Source of the DNA: a virus
Lineage: Duplodnaviria > Caudoviricetes
Strand: one strand, 5' to 3'
Length of the DNA: 55,270 nt
IMG/VR virus record: IMGVR_UViG_3300032156_000013
Location: 1-55,270 of that record
A model generated the notes under the pieces. It did not search any database, was not told the DNA's origin, and saw only the letters and a program-made list of their open reading frames with translations. Shown here piece after piece: positions 1-8,340 of the stretch (within the stretch, counting starts at the first letter, position 1; each line of letters begins with the position of its first letter). The position numbers were made by a program, and so were the translations under genes.

Positions 1-906
1 TCCGGTTTCTTCTATCGTTTTTTCCGAACCTTGGTCAAGTCTTTCTATCACAGCCCCCTCCGCTTCAGTATCATGTCTTGGATTTACTTCCTCTGGCCTA
101 TCTTCAATCTGATATAATCGCCTCTGTTTTGTTAATACCACTTGCCCTTCTCTGATTTCTTTTATTTGTTCGACAGACAGATCCAGTTCGCAAGTCAATG
201 GCCAGTGTTTATCTTTCCTCTTATCATGCTGAGTTTCTTTTTCTACTCTTCTCAATTTAAAAGGTAACATTGAAATTGAATTGTATTCTCCAGTATAAGG
301 ATTTCTCAATAGTTCTTGTGCTAGTGCTATACCACTCTGAACGTCAACCATGCTGTGCCAAGAGCCAGAATCTATGGCGTATACACCACCCATTGCTACA
401 TCTGGTAAGAAAAATAATAAAGTTGCTACTTTGCTACATCCATCTTTTTCTCCGAATTTTTCACAGGGACACTCTACCTCCTCGAACACACCTTCATCAT
501 TTGCCATCATAGCCTCTTCTCCATTACCAGTACACTTCAGTCCTCTGCTGCTACCATAGAATTTTAATGCTTGCGGAAATATACCGCCAATATCTGGTAA
601 ACCATTTTCATCCAAACAGGATAGAGGGAATAGAATATCCAACTCTGTCGGCTGGTCTCCATATACAGTCTTTACTTCTTTAGGTACTATAAAGTAGTTA
701 ACGTCTTTAGGGTGGAATAGTAGCTTGCCGAATTTATCACGTGCCTGAATTTGAACACCATTTGCATCTTTTTTATAATCTCCTTTGGAATCTTTCTCAA
801 TCGTGGGCACCTGTATACCAAGTCTTATCTTCCCTTTCCAAGGCAATCTCCTTATTGTACTTACTCCTTTAATACTAGTAAATTTCCTTTTGAAATTCGT
901 ACTCAT
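1..906 (-). CDS. Gp3-like (recombination directionality factor-like) phage protein, runs off the left edge
   Basis: Not in the ORF track; translated by hand from ATG at 906 (SD AAGGAGG): MSTNFKRKFTSIKGVSTIRRLPWKGKIRLG...HPKDVNYF...YGDQPTELDILFP...LKCTGNG...CPC...C...LLFFLP...GVYAIDSGSWHS. The frame is open to the window edge and the motif order matches the Gp3-like family as I recall it. Confidence 0.7.
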   Translation of the reverse strand, partial: MSTNFKRKFTSIKGVSTIRRLPWKGKIRLGIQVPTIEKDSKGDYKKDANGVQIQARDKFGKLLFHPKDVNYFIVPKEVKTVYGDQPTELDILFPLSCLDENGLPDIGGIFPQALKFYGSSRGLKCTGNGEEAMMANDEGVFEEVECPCEKFGEKDGCSKVATLLFFLPDVAMGGVYAIDSGSWHSMVDVQSGIALAQELLRNPYTGEYNSISMLPFKLRRVEKETQHDKRKDKHWPLTCELDLSVEQIKEIREGQVVLTKQRRLYQIEDRPEEVNPRHDTEAEGAVIERLDQGSEKTIEETG

Positions 907-943
907 TCTAATCCTCCTTCAAATTAAATTTATACCGAATCAA

Positions 944-1507
944 TTAAATATCAGACTTAATTTTGTAATGAAATTTAGGATCTTGACGTTTGATTTCTAT
1001 GCCTTCAACAATATAATCTTTACCATCACTAAACAAAGATAATTCAGAACCCAAATATAAATCAGTAATTTTGCCTTTTTCAAAAAATGGAGCATTATCA
1101 GCGATTATAGTTTTCTTTAATTCAGCTTTTTGCAAGGTAGTAGTTACCTGGATAAATTTCTTGGCAATTTTTTCGGGTATAGTTTTAAAGAAAGCCATTA
1201 TTCTGGGAACATCATAGTTCCAATTATCCGGCATAGCTTGAAAATCGACCCATCCTACAGTGGTCTCTATTTTGGTTTCTTTCGAAGCGGTTAAATCTTC
1301 TTCCAGTTCTTTTTCTAATGTTTCAATATTCTTAGCTAAATCTCCAATAGTATATTTTCTATGATCTCTCTCGATGTAGTTCTGACTGGAAAATTCATCA
1401 AGCTTTCTTTTCAAAATTGCGGTATCGAGATTATATTCTTTAATCAGTTTCAATTTAGCTTCCACTGTAACCTCAAAGTCTTTCTCACTGCCTTTCATTT
1501 CCGACAT
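944..1507 (-). CDS. Gam-like / Gp157-like host-nuclease inhibitor or DNA end-binding protein
   Basis: Coiled-coil N-half, then KIETTVGWVDF...FIQVTTTLQKAELKK...IVEGIEI...KFHYK, resembling the Mu Gam C-terminus. Start moved to ATG 1507, which has a GGAGG SD. Confidence 0.5.
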   Translation of the reverse strand: MSEMKGSEKDFEVTVEAKLKLIKEYNLDTAILKRKLDEFSSQNYIERDHRKYTIGDLAKNIETLEKELEEDLTASKETKIETTVGWVDFQAMPDNWNYDVPRIMAFFKTIPEKIAKKFIQVTTTLQKAELKKTIIADNAPFFEKGKITDLYLGSELSLFSDGKDYIVEGIEIKRQDPKFHYKIKSDI

Positions 1508-1521
1508 CTCATTTCCTCCTT

Positions 1522-1692
1522 TCAATATTTATTTTCTTTTTCTTGCAATAGACGTTCTATCGCTTGATCACCTAAACTCTGCATAGTCACCGTTTTCTTA
1601 TTAACCCGGGTCATCTCTATAGATAACTCTTTTAACCGGAATACAAGACCTTCTTTTATTTGCACGTTTAGACGTTTTTCATGTTTTACCAT
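1522..1692 (-). CDS. Ribbon-helix-helix DNA-binding protein (56 aa)
   Basis: Below the track cutoff: MVKHEKRLNVQIKEGLVFRLKELSIEMTRVNKKTVTMQSLGDQAIERLLQEKENKY. Alternating beta strand (RLNVQI) plus two helices; GGAGG SD; first gene after a promoter. Confidence 0.65.
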   Translation of the reverse strand: MVKHEKRLNVQIKEGLVFRLKELSIEMTRVNKKTVTMQSLGDQAIERLLQEKENKY

Positions 1693-1729
1693 ATTACTCC
1701 TCCCTCCCTTGTTAGTGATTGTTTTAATT

Positions 1730-1758
1730 ATTATAACATAATATAATATAAAAGTAAA
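1730..1758 (-). promoter_or_regulatory. sigma70/sigmaA-type promoter
   Basis: TTTACT-17 nt-TATAAT with an extended -10 TG, in an AT-rich intergenic gap. Confidence 0.65.
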
Positions 1759-1771
1759 ATAATAATTTTAT

Positions 1772-2563
1772 TTATTGATGACAGTCTAATATGGTGATAT
1801 AATGATCTTCCTTCGATTGGAAATAAGGTTTAACAAAATTATCGTACCAGCTTCCCGACCATCCCTCTACGTCCTCAGGTTTTTCAGAGCTAAAACCCCA
1901 CATCCCCATTTTTCCTATAGCGTGCCACACACCGTCCGGAGTTACTACCGCATAAGTGGAAAAGGCTCCATTTATTTTTATATATTTTTCAACATTCCCG
2001 TAATATTCCAAATAATAATTTTCATCATACATCGAGAAATATTCGTGTTTCTTTTCCTCTGCTCTAGTCATCTTTTTACCAAGAACATTTATTTCCCAAA
2101 ACCTCCTATACCACCTTTCATCTTTTTTGCTAATCCGGTTAAGAGCTTCCCAGTCTACTTCAGATATATGAGCTTCATTGCTTCTTCCACCACCAAAGCA
2201 ACTTTTTATTTTAAGTAAATCATCCCATCTTCCTCCTATTACGTACCAACCCCACTTGGTATTCGGATTGTATGTTGTAAGCAGATTCCCCTCCAAGTCT
2301 ATTAGTGCATCATCTCCGTAATGGTTTTTTGTGAATTCCATAAGTGTCATCTTACTATACGAAAAGTGCCTTTCTTTTTCATTTTTATTAGCCCAACTCC
2401 CAGGTTCCTCAGCTTCCTTAATCAGCTTTTGATGTTCTTCTTCAAGTTCCTTTTTGGCCGTACTGATATACGGAGCTACATTGAGACTCTCACTATAAGG
2501 TGCTAACAATTCCTCTACAGTCTGACCATCATTACTAATTACTCCGCAACTAAAATGTGACAT
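1772..2563 (-). CDS. Conserved phage/MGE hypothetical protein
   Basis: 263 aa with motifs MSHF, LLAPY, NPNTKWGWYVIGGRW, AVVTPDGVWH.GKMGMWG and terminal ILDCH, which I recognise from an uncharacterised phage family. Confidence 0.75.
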   Translation of the reverse strand: MSHFSCGVISNDGQTVEELLAPYSESLNVAPYISTAKKELEEEHQKLIKEAEEPGSWANKNEKERHFSYSKMTLMEFTKNHYGDDALIDLEGNLLTTYNPNTKWGWYVIGGRWDDLLKIKSCFGGGRSNEAHISEVDWEALNRISKKDERWYRRFWEINVLGKKMTRAEEKKHEYFSMYDENYYLEYYGNVEKYIKINGAFSTYAVVTPDGVWHAIGKMGMWGFSSEKPEDVEGWSGSWYDNFVKPYFQSKEDHYITILDCHQ

Positions 2564-2740
2564 TTATTTTCCCTCCTTTAATATATTTTTAATTTTAGAT
2601 TTGAATTTCTCAAGTTCCTTTTCTCCACATAATTCACAATAAGGTTTATAATTTATCTGAATTCCTTCTCCAATAGGAATCCTTTTGCCACATTGAGAAC
2701 AAAACCATTTAACTCCCTCTCTTAATCTTGCTATTCCCAT
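2564..2740 (-). CDS. Small Zn-ribbon protein (58 aa), paralog of 5867..6049
   Basis: MGIARLREGVKWFCSQCGKRIPIGEGIQINYKPYCELCGEK...; two CxxC pairs; stop abuts the next ATG. Confidence 0.8.
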   Translation of the reverse strand: MGIARLREGVKWFCSQCGKRIPIGEGIQINYKPYCELCGEKELEKFKSKIKNILKEGK

Positions 2741-2764
2741 ATTTCCTCTTCTTTAATCTAATAT

Positions 2765-3061
2765 TTAAAAACAATTATAATCTATCCATAATTTATCATT
2801 CTTTTTTGCCCAAGCTAAATCCGCTCTAAAAGCGTCTTTAACATACTCCTCAACTTTTTCGTCAGATATTATTTTACTGATAACAAGAAGGTCCAATCCA
2901 ATAAAACCCGAACTGTCATCATTTAATCTTACAGAGGCAAGCCCTAGTCCATTTGCATTTTCTTCAATTATTTCCATAACTCTTTCGTCATGCCATAGAT
3001 TAAAAGTCTCACCTTCTGCAATTTTCTCAATTCTATAAGCTCTTACGCTCACCTTATTCAC
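2765..3061 (-). CDS. Hypothetical protein
   Basis: 98 aa ORF in a tightly packed co-oriented array. Confidence 0.7.
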   Translation of the reverse strand: MNKVSVRAYRIEKIAEGETFNLWHDERVMEIIEENANGLGLASVRLNDDSSGFIGLDLLVISKIISDEKVEEYVKDAFRADLAWAKKNDKLWIDYNCF

Positions 3062-3221
3062 CCCCTTCTATTTTTGTAATTTCTATACAAATATTTGGGT
3101 CGTCAGTGTCCTTTCTTCTCCAACGCTCTTGGTCTCTTACGCCACCCTTTAAACACTCAACAGTCCAATTTATCGCATTTTCACTAATGCTATCAATTTC
3201 AATTGTTATATGTTTTAACAT
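3054..3221 (-). CDS. Hypothetical protein (55 aa)
   Basis: Hand translation MLKHITIEIDSISENAINWTVECLKGG...; fills the gap and has an SD-like GAGGGTG. Confidence 0.6.
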   Translation of the reverse strand: MLKHITIEIDSISENAINWTVECLKGGVRDQERWRRKDTDDPNICIEITKIEGGE

Positions 3222-3224
3222 TTT

Positions 3225-3392
3225 TCACCCTCTTTCACTAAAATTTGTCTTACAATCTTTACAAATAAACTCGTTGTTTATTTGATAATTAAAATTTGGT
3301 AGTTTAATAAAGTTACCCCATTCATCCCATGAGCGACCGCATATTTTGCATTTATCTAGAATTCTTATTAATTTATTCTCTATATTTTTCAT
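3225..3392 (-). CDS. Small Zn-finger protein (55 aa)
   Basis: MKNIENKLIRILDKCKICGR...FICKDCK; AGGAGG upstream. Confidence 0.65.
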   Translation of the reverse strand: MKNIENKLIRILDKCKICGRSWDEWGNFIKLPNFNYQINNEFICKDCKTNFSERG

Positions 3393-3409
3393 TGTATTTT
3401 TGTATCCTC

Positions 3410-3574
3410 CTAACTAAAAAATTCCTTATATATACCAAAATACTCACACAGCAAATTCTCAACTTCTATAATTCCACCTGCTAAAAACCTTTCTTCTTTG
3501 TCTTCCATCAATCCCCTTTCGTGATAAAGATCGGTTAATTTATCCCACTCTTTTAATAAATCTTTTTTAGTCAC
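3410..3574 (-). CDS. Hypothetical protein (54 aa)
   Basis: GTG start after AAGGAGG; MTKKDLLKEWDKLTDLYHERG... Confidence 0.65.
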   Translation of the reverse strand: MTKKDLLKEWDKLTDLYHERGLMEDKEERFLAGGIIEVENLLCEYFGIYKEFFS

Positions 3575-3590
3575 TTACTTTACCCTCCTT

Positions 3591-3764
3591 TTACTTCTTT
3601 AATAAAAAATATCGGCCATCCCCCAACAACGAATACTTTGCTACCGGATCTTCTACCGTTTCTCCTGCTCTTATTTTTCTTTCCGCTTCTTTAACGTTGA
3701 CCGAATACAAATTCAGATTCTTTTTGGCAAAAGCCCAAAATACAATCTGCTTACCTCCATTCAC
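3591..3764 (-). CDS. Hypothetical protein, start uncertain
   Basis: 3' part of track ORF 3591..3932. The upstream part overlaps 3751..4113, so the real start is probably GTG 3764 or ATT 3746. Confidence 0.45.
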   Translation of the reverse strand: MNGGKQIVFWAFAKKNLNLYSVNVKEAERKIRAGETVEDPVAKYSLLGDGRYFLLKK

Positions 3765-4113
3765 TTTTAATGTCCTGAGTATCTTCACATTTTCTTTTAA
3801 CAATTTTATTACCTCCTTTCCTAGGGCACCATTTAGGAGTAGGAATGGGTAGATTTTCATCGCCCTCAAATATGAATCTACCTTCTTTATCCCAACAATA
3901 ATACACTCCAAAATTATTATAGATATAAGCATTTAACGCTTCACACTCTTTACAATCTTTCATCCTTTCCCCACACTCCTTGCAGATATAACATAAGTTT
4001 TTACTCCTATAGAAAATATCGTGCATAAAATCCCCTTTACATATTTGACAAGTAAACGCTTCATAGGAATTTTTTCTTATTATCTTTCTGTATACGAGCC
4101 CTTTATACTTCAA
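3751..4113 (-). CDS. Cys-rich Zn-binding hypothetical protein
   Basis: CQIC, CKECG, CKEC and IPTPKWCP motifs. Confidence 0.65.
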   Translation of the reverse strand: MKYKGLVYRKIIRKNSYEAFTCQICKGDFMHDIFYRSKNLCYICKECGERMKDCKECEALNAYIYNNFGVYYCWDKEGRFIFEGDENLPIPTPKWCPRKGGNKIVKRKCEDTQDIKSEWR

Positions 4114-4331
4114 TCTATTAACCCTCCAATATTTCTTTTCTTTTCATACAACCCATCCATTCTGCTATCCCGAATAAAACAATTTACATTTTGATACAAT
4201 ACCTCTGTATTATTAATATCTTCTAGAGTTTGCCATTGAGCATCAGTTAAATCTTCAGCCTTCCATATTTCTTGATTTTCCGTCATCCACTTACCTATTA
4301 ACCTTTTTTGTTTTTTCGTCAAATCTCTCAC
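4110..4331 (-). CDS. Hypothetical protein
   Basis: 73 aa, GGAGGTG SD, overlaps the next gene's start. Confidence 0.7.
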   Translation of the reverse strand: MRDLTKKQKRLIGKWMTENQEIWKAEDLTDAQWQTLEDINNTEVLYQNVNCFIRDSRMDGLYEKKRNIGGLID

Positions 4332-4354
4332 TTTTATACACCTCCAATTTCTTT

Positions 4355-4774
4355 TTATAATATTGCCTCTCCTTTAAAGCTATAATAGCCATCGTCTATA
4401 GTACGTCCTATTATCACGTGGTCTATTAATTTTATATTCAATATAACTCCAGATCCTTTTAATACATCAGTTATCAATCTATCAGGAGCAGACGGGTCCA
4501 AATTACCGCTAGGATGATTATGGCATACTATTATCGAGCAGGCGCTATTCACAATCGCTTTTCTGAATACTTCCCTCGGCTCAACTACTGATGACGTCAA
4601 AGAACCCATACTTATTATCTCGGCATATAGAATTGTAAGCTTACTATTCAACCCAGCTACCATGAATATCTCTTTCTTCTGGTCATCCTTTTCCAAACTC
4701 AATATTATATCCATAAATATACCAGATACTTTATCACAATTATCCATCTTAACTAACGGAACTTTAACTTCCAT
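4355..4774 (-). CDS. radC: RadC-like JAB/MPN-domain protein (UPF0758)
   Basis: E...VEPREVF...HNHPSG...PS..D...LIDHVIIG signature; JAB domain only. Confidence 0.92.
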   Translation of the reverse strand: MEVKVPLVKMDNCDKVSGIFMDIILSLEKDDQKKEIFMVAGLNSKLTILYAEIISMGSLTSSVVEPREVFRKAIVNSACSIIVCHNHPSGNLDPSAPDRLITDVLKGSGVILNIKLIDHVIIGRTIDDGYYSFKGEAIL

Positions 4775-4973
4775 ACATTATCCTCCTTTTATACAATTTT
4801 GAACTCTTTCTCTCTATTTCTATTTCTCTAAAGATCCTGAAAACTCTAACCATACACTTCTTCTGTTTCTTTTGTGCCTTGAACTCCTTTGCTAGTAGAT
4901 TATATAAGAATAAGTTATAATCAAGAGCTATGATATTATTATACTTATCCTCATTGTTTATTATCATTTTCAA
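4764..4973 (-). CDS. Hypothetical protein
   Basis: 69 aa basic ORF overlapping both neighbours. Confidence 0.5.
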   Translation of the reverse strand: MKMIINNEDKYNNIIALDYNLFLYNLLAKEFKAQKKQKKCMVRVFRIFREIEIERKSSKLYKRRIMYGS

Positions 4974-5335
4974 GTTCTTTCTTTGACTCCTGCCTTCTCC
5001 AGTGCTTTAACGTCAATCGCATTTCCAACATTATCAGCCTCCTTCTTCATTATCTTCATCATTCTTTTATTCAATATCTTCTTGGCCAGAAATATATATA
5101 ATCTTTTCTGTAGTTTGATATCCAGATATTCGGCTCCTACATCCACTATTCCCATACTCTCACACTCGTCACAAACCATGGTATCTTCTATATCCTGCAT
5201 TAATTCGTCAACTTTTTCGTATAACGATTCTTCCTCATATTCTCCCTTCTTTGTTTTCACCAAACTGTTCGTAACGGTTTCTGGTATTGATACAGTAAAA
5301 CTTCTATAATTCCCACATCTACCACATACATACAT
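4970..5335 (-). CDS. Zn-ribbon hypothetical protein
   Basis: CGRC...CDEC pairs; GGAGGTG SD. Confidence 0.7.
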   Translation of the reverse strand: MYVCGRCGNYRSFTVSIPETVTNSLVKTKKGEYEEESLYEKVDELMQDIEDTMVCDECESMGIVDVGAEYLDIKLQKRLYIFLAKKILNKRMMKIMKKEADNVGNAIDVKALEKAGVKERT

Positions 5336-5866
5336 CTACTTCACCTCCTCACCTCTTACTACTATCGTGTCTATTAGCTCAAAATTCCCTCTTTTTATCT
5401 TCTTTTCAAATTTAACTTTATATACTTTAATAGTTATTTTAATTGCCTTCGGGAAGATACCTTCTCCGGTTTCTACTACTACTTCGTAGAAATATTCTAT
5501 ATCACCGTGGAAACCATTCTTTTCACATATACCAAAGCCAAGAAGTAGAGCTGAATTATATTGTTGAGGATCAGACCATTTGATTTTATTTCCTTTTTCA
5601 TCTTGTCCGCCACCATATTTGGTATCGTAAAGCATTTCCTCGTGATATCTCTTGCTCCAGTAAATAAAGTTTGCTGTCATATATTCTAAATCAGTATTTC
5701 TCCCTCCATTCCACTTTAGGAATTCTTTTAGATCAGGAACTACTCCCTCAGGATAACCGTCAGAATGCCGGTATATCATTCTAGTCTCTTCTCTCTTTTT
5801 GGGTTCCCCATTTTTTAACTTGTAATTATAAATCTCTCTAAACTCTATGTTACACCTTGTACTCAC
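5336..5866 (-). CDS. Conserved phage early protein (MSTR...YxHxDGYP family)
   Basis: MSTRCNI...IYRHSDGYPEGV...HGDIEYFY motif set common in phage early regions; function unknown. Confidence 0.75.
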   Translation of the reverse strand: MSTRCNIEFREIYNYKLKNGEPKKREETRMIYRHSDGYPEGVVPDLKEFLKWNGGRNTDLEYMTANFIYWSKRYHEEMLYDTKYGGGQDEKGNKIKWSDPQQYNSALLLGFGICEKNGFHGDIEYFYEVVVETGEGIFPKAIKITIKVYKVKFEKKIKRGNFELIDTIVVRGEEVK

Positions 5867-6049
5867 TTATTTTTCCTCCTTTTTAATTTTAAGCTCTTCT
5901 ATATCTTTTTCAAATTTTCTAAACATTATTTCTCCACAAGATTCACAATATGGCTTTTTATTTATTGATAACCCTTCCCCATTAGGAATTATATTTCTAC
6001 AGTTCGAACATATCCATTTAATTCCTGCTTGCAATTTCGCTATTCCCAT
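5867..6049 (-). CDS. Small Zn-ribbon protein, paralog of 2564..2740
   Basis: MGIAKL...WICSNC...IP.GEG..IN.KPYCESCGE. Confidence 0.8.
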   Translation of the reverse strand: MGIAKLQAGIKWICSNCRNIIPNGEGLSINKKPYCESCGEIMFRKFEKDIEELKIKKEEK

Positions 6050-6065
6050 TTAAAAATCCTCCTTT

Positions 6066-6305
6066 TTATTCTTCTTGGTCTTCAAAGGTGAATGGTTTAT
6101 TGAGATCAATTCCAATATCCTCTAAACTATCCTCTTCTTCTATTTCTATTATCTCGTCTATTTCCCAATCACCAGAAGGATCAAGTTCTTCAAAATCTTC
6201 ATCTTCATTTTTCTCGGCTTTTTCCCTAGCTTCTTCTTCATTTTCTGCTGTTACAAGGCTTTCTCCATATCTAATATCTTTCCAGACAATTTTAAACCTT
6301 TTCAT
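6066..6305 (-). CDS. Very acidic small protein (DpnD/PcfM-like N-terminus)
   Basis: MKRFKIVW...VTAENEEEAREKA followed by an E/D-rich tail. Confidence 0.7.
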   Translation of the reverse strand: MKRFKIVWKDIRYGESLVTAENEEEAREKAEKNEDEDFEELDPSGDWEIDEIIEIEEEDSLEDIGIDLNKPFTFEDQEE

Positions 6306-6316
6306 ATTTCACCTCC

Positions 6317-6619
6317 TTATTTGAATTCACTTAATTTATGCTCGTATCCGAAATATTTATCTCTTTCTATCTTCAGCCCCATAGGACCATGCGCACTTTC
6401 TAATTCGCTTAATGTAAAATAGCCAATTTCGTGCTCAAACCCGTGAACCATTCCAAAGAACAACCAATCTCCATTTTTTTGCTTTTCGCCTTCGTAAGCA
6501 AACCATGTCCAGTTGGACCAAGGCGTAAAGAACTTCACGATTATTTTAGGATCTTCAACTTTCTCTTGCGAGTACAACTTTGGTAACTTTTCTTCGATTT
6601 CTTTAGTTAAAAGTTTCAT
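6317..6619 (-). CDS. DUF2958 domain protein
   Basis: LPKLYSQE...VKFFTPWSNWTWF..E...FFG.V.G.E.E.GYF.LSEL...IERD. Confidence 0.88.
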   Translation of the reverse strand: MKLLTKEIEEKLPKLYSQEKVEDPKIIVKFFTPWSNWTWFAYEGEKQKNGDWLFFGMVHGFEHEIGYFTLSELESAHGPMGLKIERDKYFGYEHKLSEFK

Positions 6620-6656
6620 TTTTCCGATGACCTCCTTATTATTTTATTATATAATT

Positions 6657-6684
6657 ATTTTACCATACTGGCCTACTGTGTCAA
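6657..6684 (-). promoter_or_regulatory. sigma70-type early promoter
   Basis: TTGACA-16 nt-TAAAAT with extended TG, directly upstream of the DUF2958 gene. Confidence 0.65.
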
Positions 6685-6752
6685 ATTTATCGAAAATTAT
6701 TCCTTCTATACTTTCTTACGAGTGATTTCTTTCTACCATGCACTAGATAACT

Positions 6753-6812
6753 TATACATTAAAAGGGGAAAGTCGTTTATGATTGTATGTAAAGTGGTGT
6801 AGCGGTTTGACT
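6753..6812. repeat. Dispersed 60-bp intergenic repeat, copy 1
   Basis: Ungapped match to 11359..11418 (46/60 by hand count), with identical 21-bp core GTTTATGATTGTATGTAAAGT at 6775-6795. Confidence 0.85.
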
Positions 6813-6866
6813 ACTATTGCCTACTTAAATATTTTTCTTACCTTCCCCTTTTCAGAGCTTGTCAAG

Positions 6867-7289
6867 TTAGTCTATGACAGTTACGGCTTTGCATTCCAAC
6901 CCCTGACTTTCAAGATAATTTGCTACTTTATTTACTGCTTCTTCGTGAACAGACATCTCTTGCCTGTTCGTTAAGCTTAATGACATCACATATCCTTTAT
7001 CGCTTTTCCAAATTGACATATCATCAATGTTTATATTATTATTCCTATTATCTTGAGTCCCTAACTTTTTGAATGCTCCAGTAATCTTTCCATTGCTAGG
7101 AATTTTAACCCATCCTATCCCGCAAACATCCAACATTCTACCTACTTCCTTCCCTGTCGCTTCATTAATTACCTTCCATCTATCCCCCTGCCCTAATAAT
7201 TTTTGATATTGCTTTTCCCCTGCTTCCCGGCCTAATTTCTGAGCTACTTTGACTAATCCAATTATTTTTCCTGCTTCCTTGATATCCAT
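6867..7289 (-). CDS. Hypothetical protein
   Basis: 140 aa with GGAGGTG SD; CGIGWV motif. Confidence 0.75.
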   Translation of the reverse strand: MDIKEAGKIIGLVKVAQKLGREAGEKQYQKLLGQGDRWKVINEATGKEVGRMLDVCGIGWVKIPSNGKITGAFKKLGTQDNRNNNINIDDMSIWKSDKGYVMSLSLTNRQEMSVHEEAVNKVANYLESQGLECKAVTVID

Positions 7290-7539
7290 TTAATTTTATT
7301 TCACCTCCTTTTTTCTTTTTTCTTTTTTTAAAATAATTTTTTTTATTTTGATCTAATCTTTTTAAGCGGTTATTTTGATAATATTGTTTATCATATTTCT
7401 TCTGATCTTTGCATAATCCTCTCCCATGCCCGGAAGCATGCTCACTTCCGCTATCATAAAGTTTCATATTCTCAATTCTATTATCATTTCCATCTCCATT
7501 GATATGGTGAACTACTTCATTCGACCTTATCGTTTGCAC
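7180..7539 (-). CDS. HNH endonuclease domain protein, possibly a 5'-truncated remnant
   Basis: EVVHHINGDGNDNRIENM...H...H. The domain starts almost at the GTG, there is no clear SD, and the 3' end runs 110 nt into the next gene. Confidence 0.6.
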   Translation of the reverse strand: MQTIRSNEVVHHINGDGNDNRIENMKLYDSGSEHASGHGRGLCKDQKKYDKQYYQNNRLKRLDQNKKNYFKKRKKKKGGEIKLNGYQGSRKNNWISQSSSEIRPGSRGKAISKIIRAGG

Positions 7540-7654
7540 ATTGACCTAAGACATAAACATCGCTGGTAAATAATTCATAATATCTTTCTAAGGGACATAC
7601 TTTAATAGCCTTACAGTGTCCCCATCTTGGACATAACATTTTTTCTTTTCCCAT
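7517..7654 (-). CDS. Small Cys-rich hypothetical protein (45 aa)
   Basis: MGKEKMLCPRWGHCKAIKVCPLE...CANDKVE; GGAGGAGG SD. Confidence 0.6.
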   Translation of the reverse strand: MGKEKMLCPRWGHCKAIKVCPLERYYELFTSDVYVLGQCANDKVE

Positions 7655-7669
7655 TTTCAAATCCTCCTC

Positions 7670-8131
7670 CTATTTAAAAATCTTTCCCATGATCTTACCT
7701 AAAGACTTCCCTCTCTTTACTGCTTCTTCAGATTCTTTTTTACCTGGTAAATGACTTTCAGCTTCTTTTTTAGATACCGCCTTTCTTACTAACTTTGGAT
7801 CGAAATCACTTATCTTTGCCAATCTGTACTTATTGAAATTATTTAAAAGCATTCCTCTTCTTTTACGATTCAATTCCGTAATCTGCTTTTCTATTACTAA
7901 TAACTCCTGATTGTCTTTTTCATCAATTACCCTTACATTTGACAAAGGTCCGTTGTAATTGCTCCATATTCTTTCTTTATGTTCTCTTACGTGTGGTCCA
8001 TAAGGCGGTGCGCTAGAGCAACCGATATACTCATATCCGGCTGGCTCTATTGCGTTAATAAAACTTGGATCTATTAACATTGGCCACAGTTGTTTTATAT
8101 GATGTGGAGCAGAGTTTGCTATAAATCTCAT
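7670..8131 (-). CDS. Hypothetical protein
   Basis: 153 aa; TGATG coupling to the upstream gene. Confidence 0.75.
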   Translation of the reverse strand: MRFIANSAPHHIKQLWPMLIDPSFINAIEPAGYEYIGCSSAPPYGPHVREHKERIWSNYNGPLSNVRVIDEKDNQELLVIEKQITELNRKRRGMLLNNFNKYRLAKISDFDPKLVRKAVSKKEAESHLPGKKESEEAVKRGKSLGKIMGKIFK

Positions 8132-8313
8132 CAGGCTGTCCTCCTTTCATAATTATTATTTTTTTCAGCTACTCTACCATCAAATTCCCTTTCTCCATAG
8201 AAGTTATCCAGATATATTTTATATCCCCTTTCATATCTCCTGTACCCTTTGCTATTTCCTCCACTTAGGCTCCTCCATTGGTCGTAATTTAATTTACTTC
8301 CTGGGTTTACCAT
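8131..8313 (-). CDS. Hypothetical protein
   Basis: 60 aa; strong AAGGAGG SD just downstream of the ribozyme. Confidence 0.7.
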   Translation of the reverse strand: MVNPGSKLNYDQWRSLSGGNSKGYRRYERGYKIYLDNFYGEREFDGRVAEKNNNYERRTA

Positions 8314-8340
8314 TTTGATACTCCTCCTTTTTTATTTAGA

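Noticed and set aside
1-906. Evidence of lysogeny from the recombination directionality factor-like label
   Set aside because: No integrase, repressor or att site is in the window; the family name alone does not establish lifestyle.
8110-8140. Second hammerhead (CUGAUGA on the minus strand)
   Set aside because: This is the TGATG stop/start overlap; no stem II plus GAAA follows.
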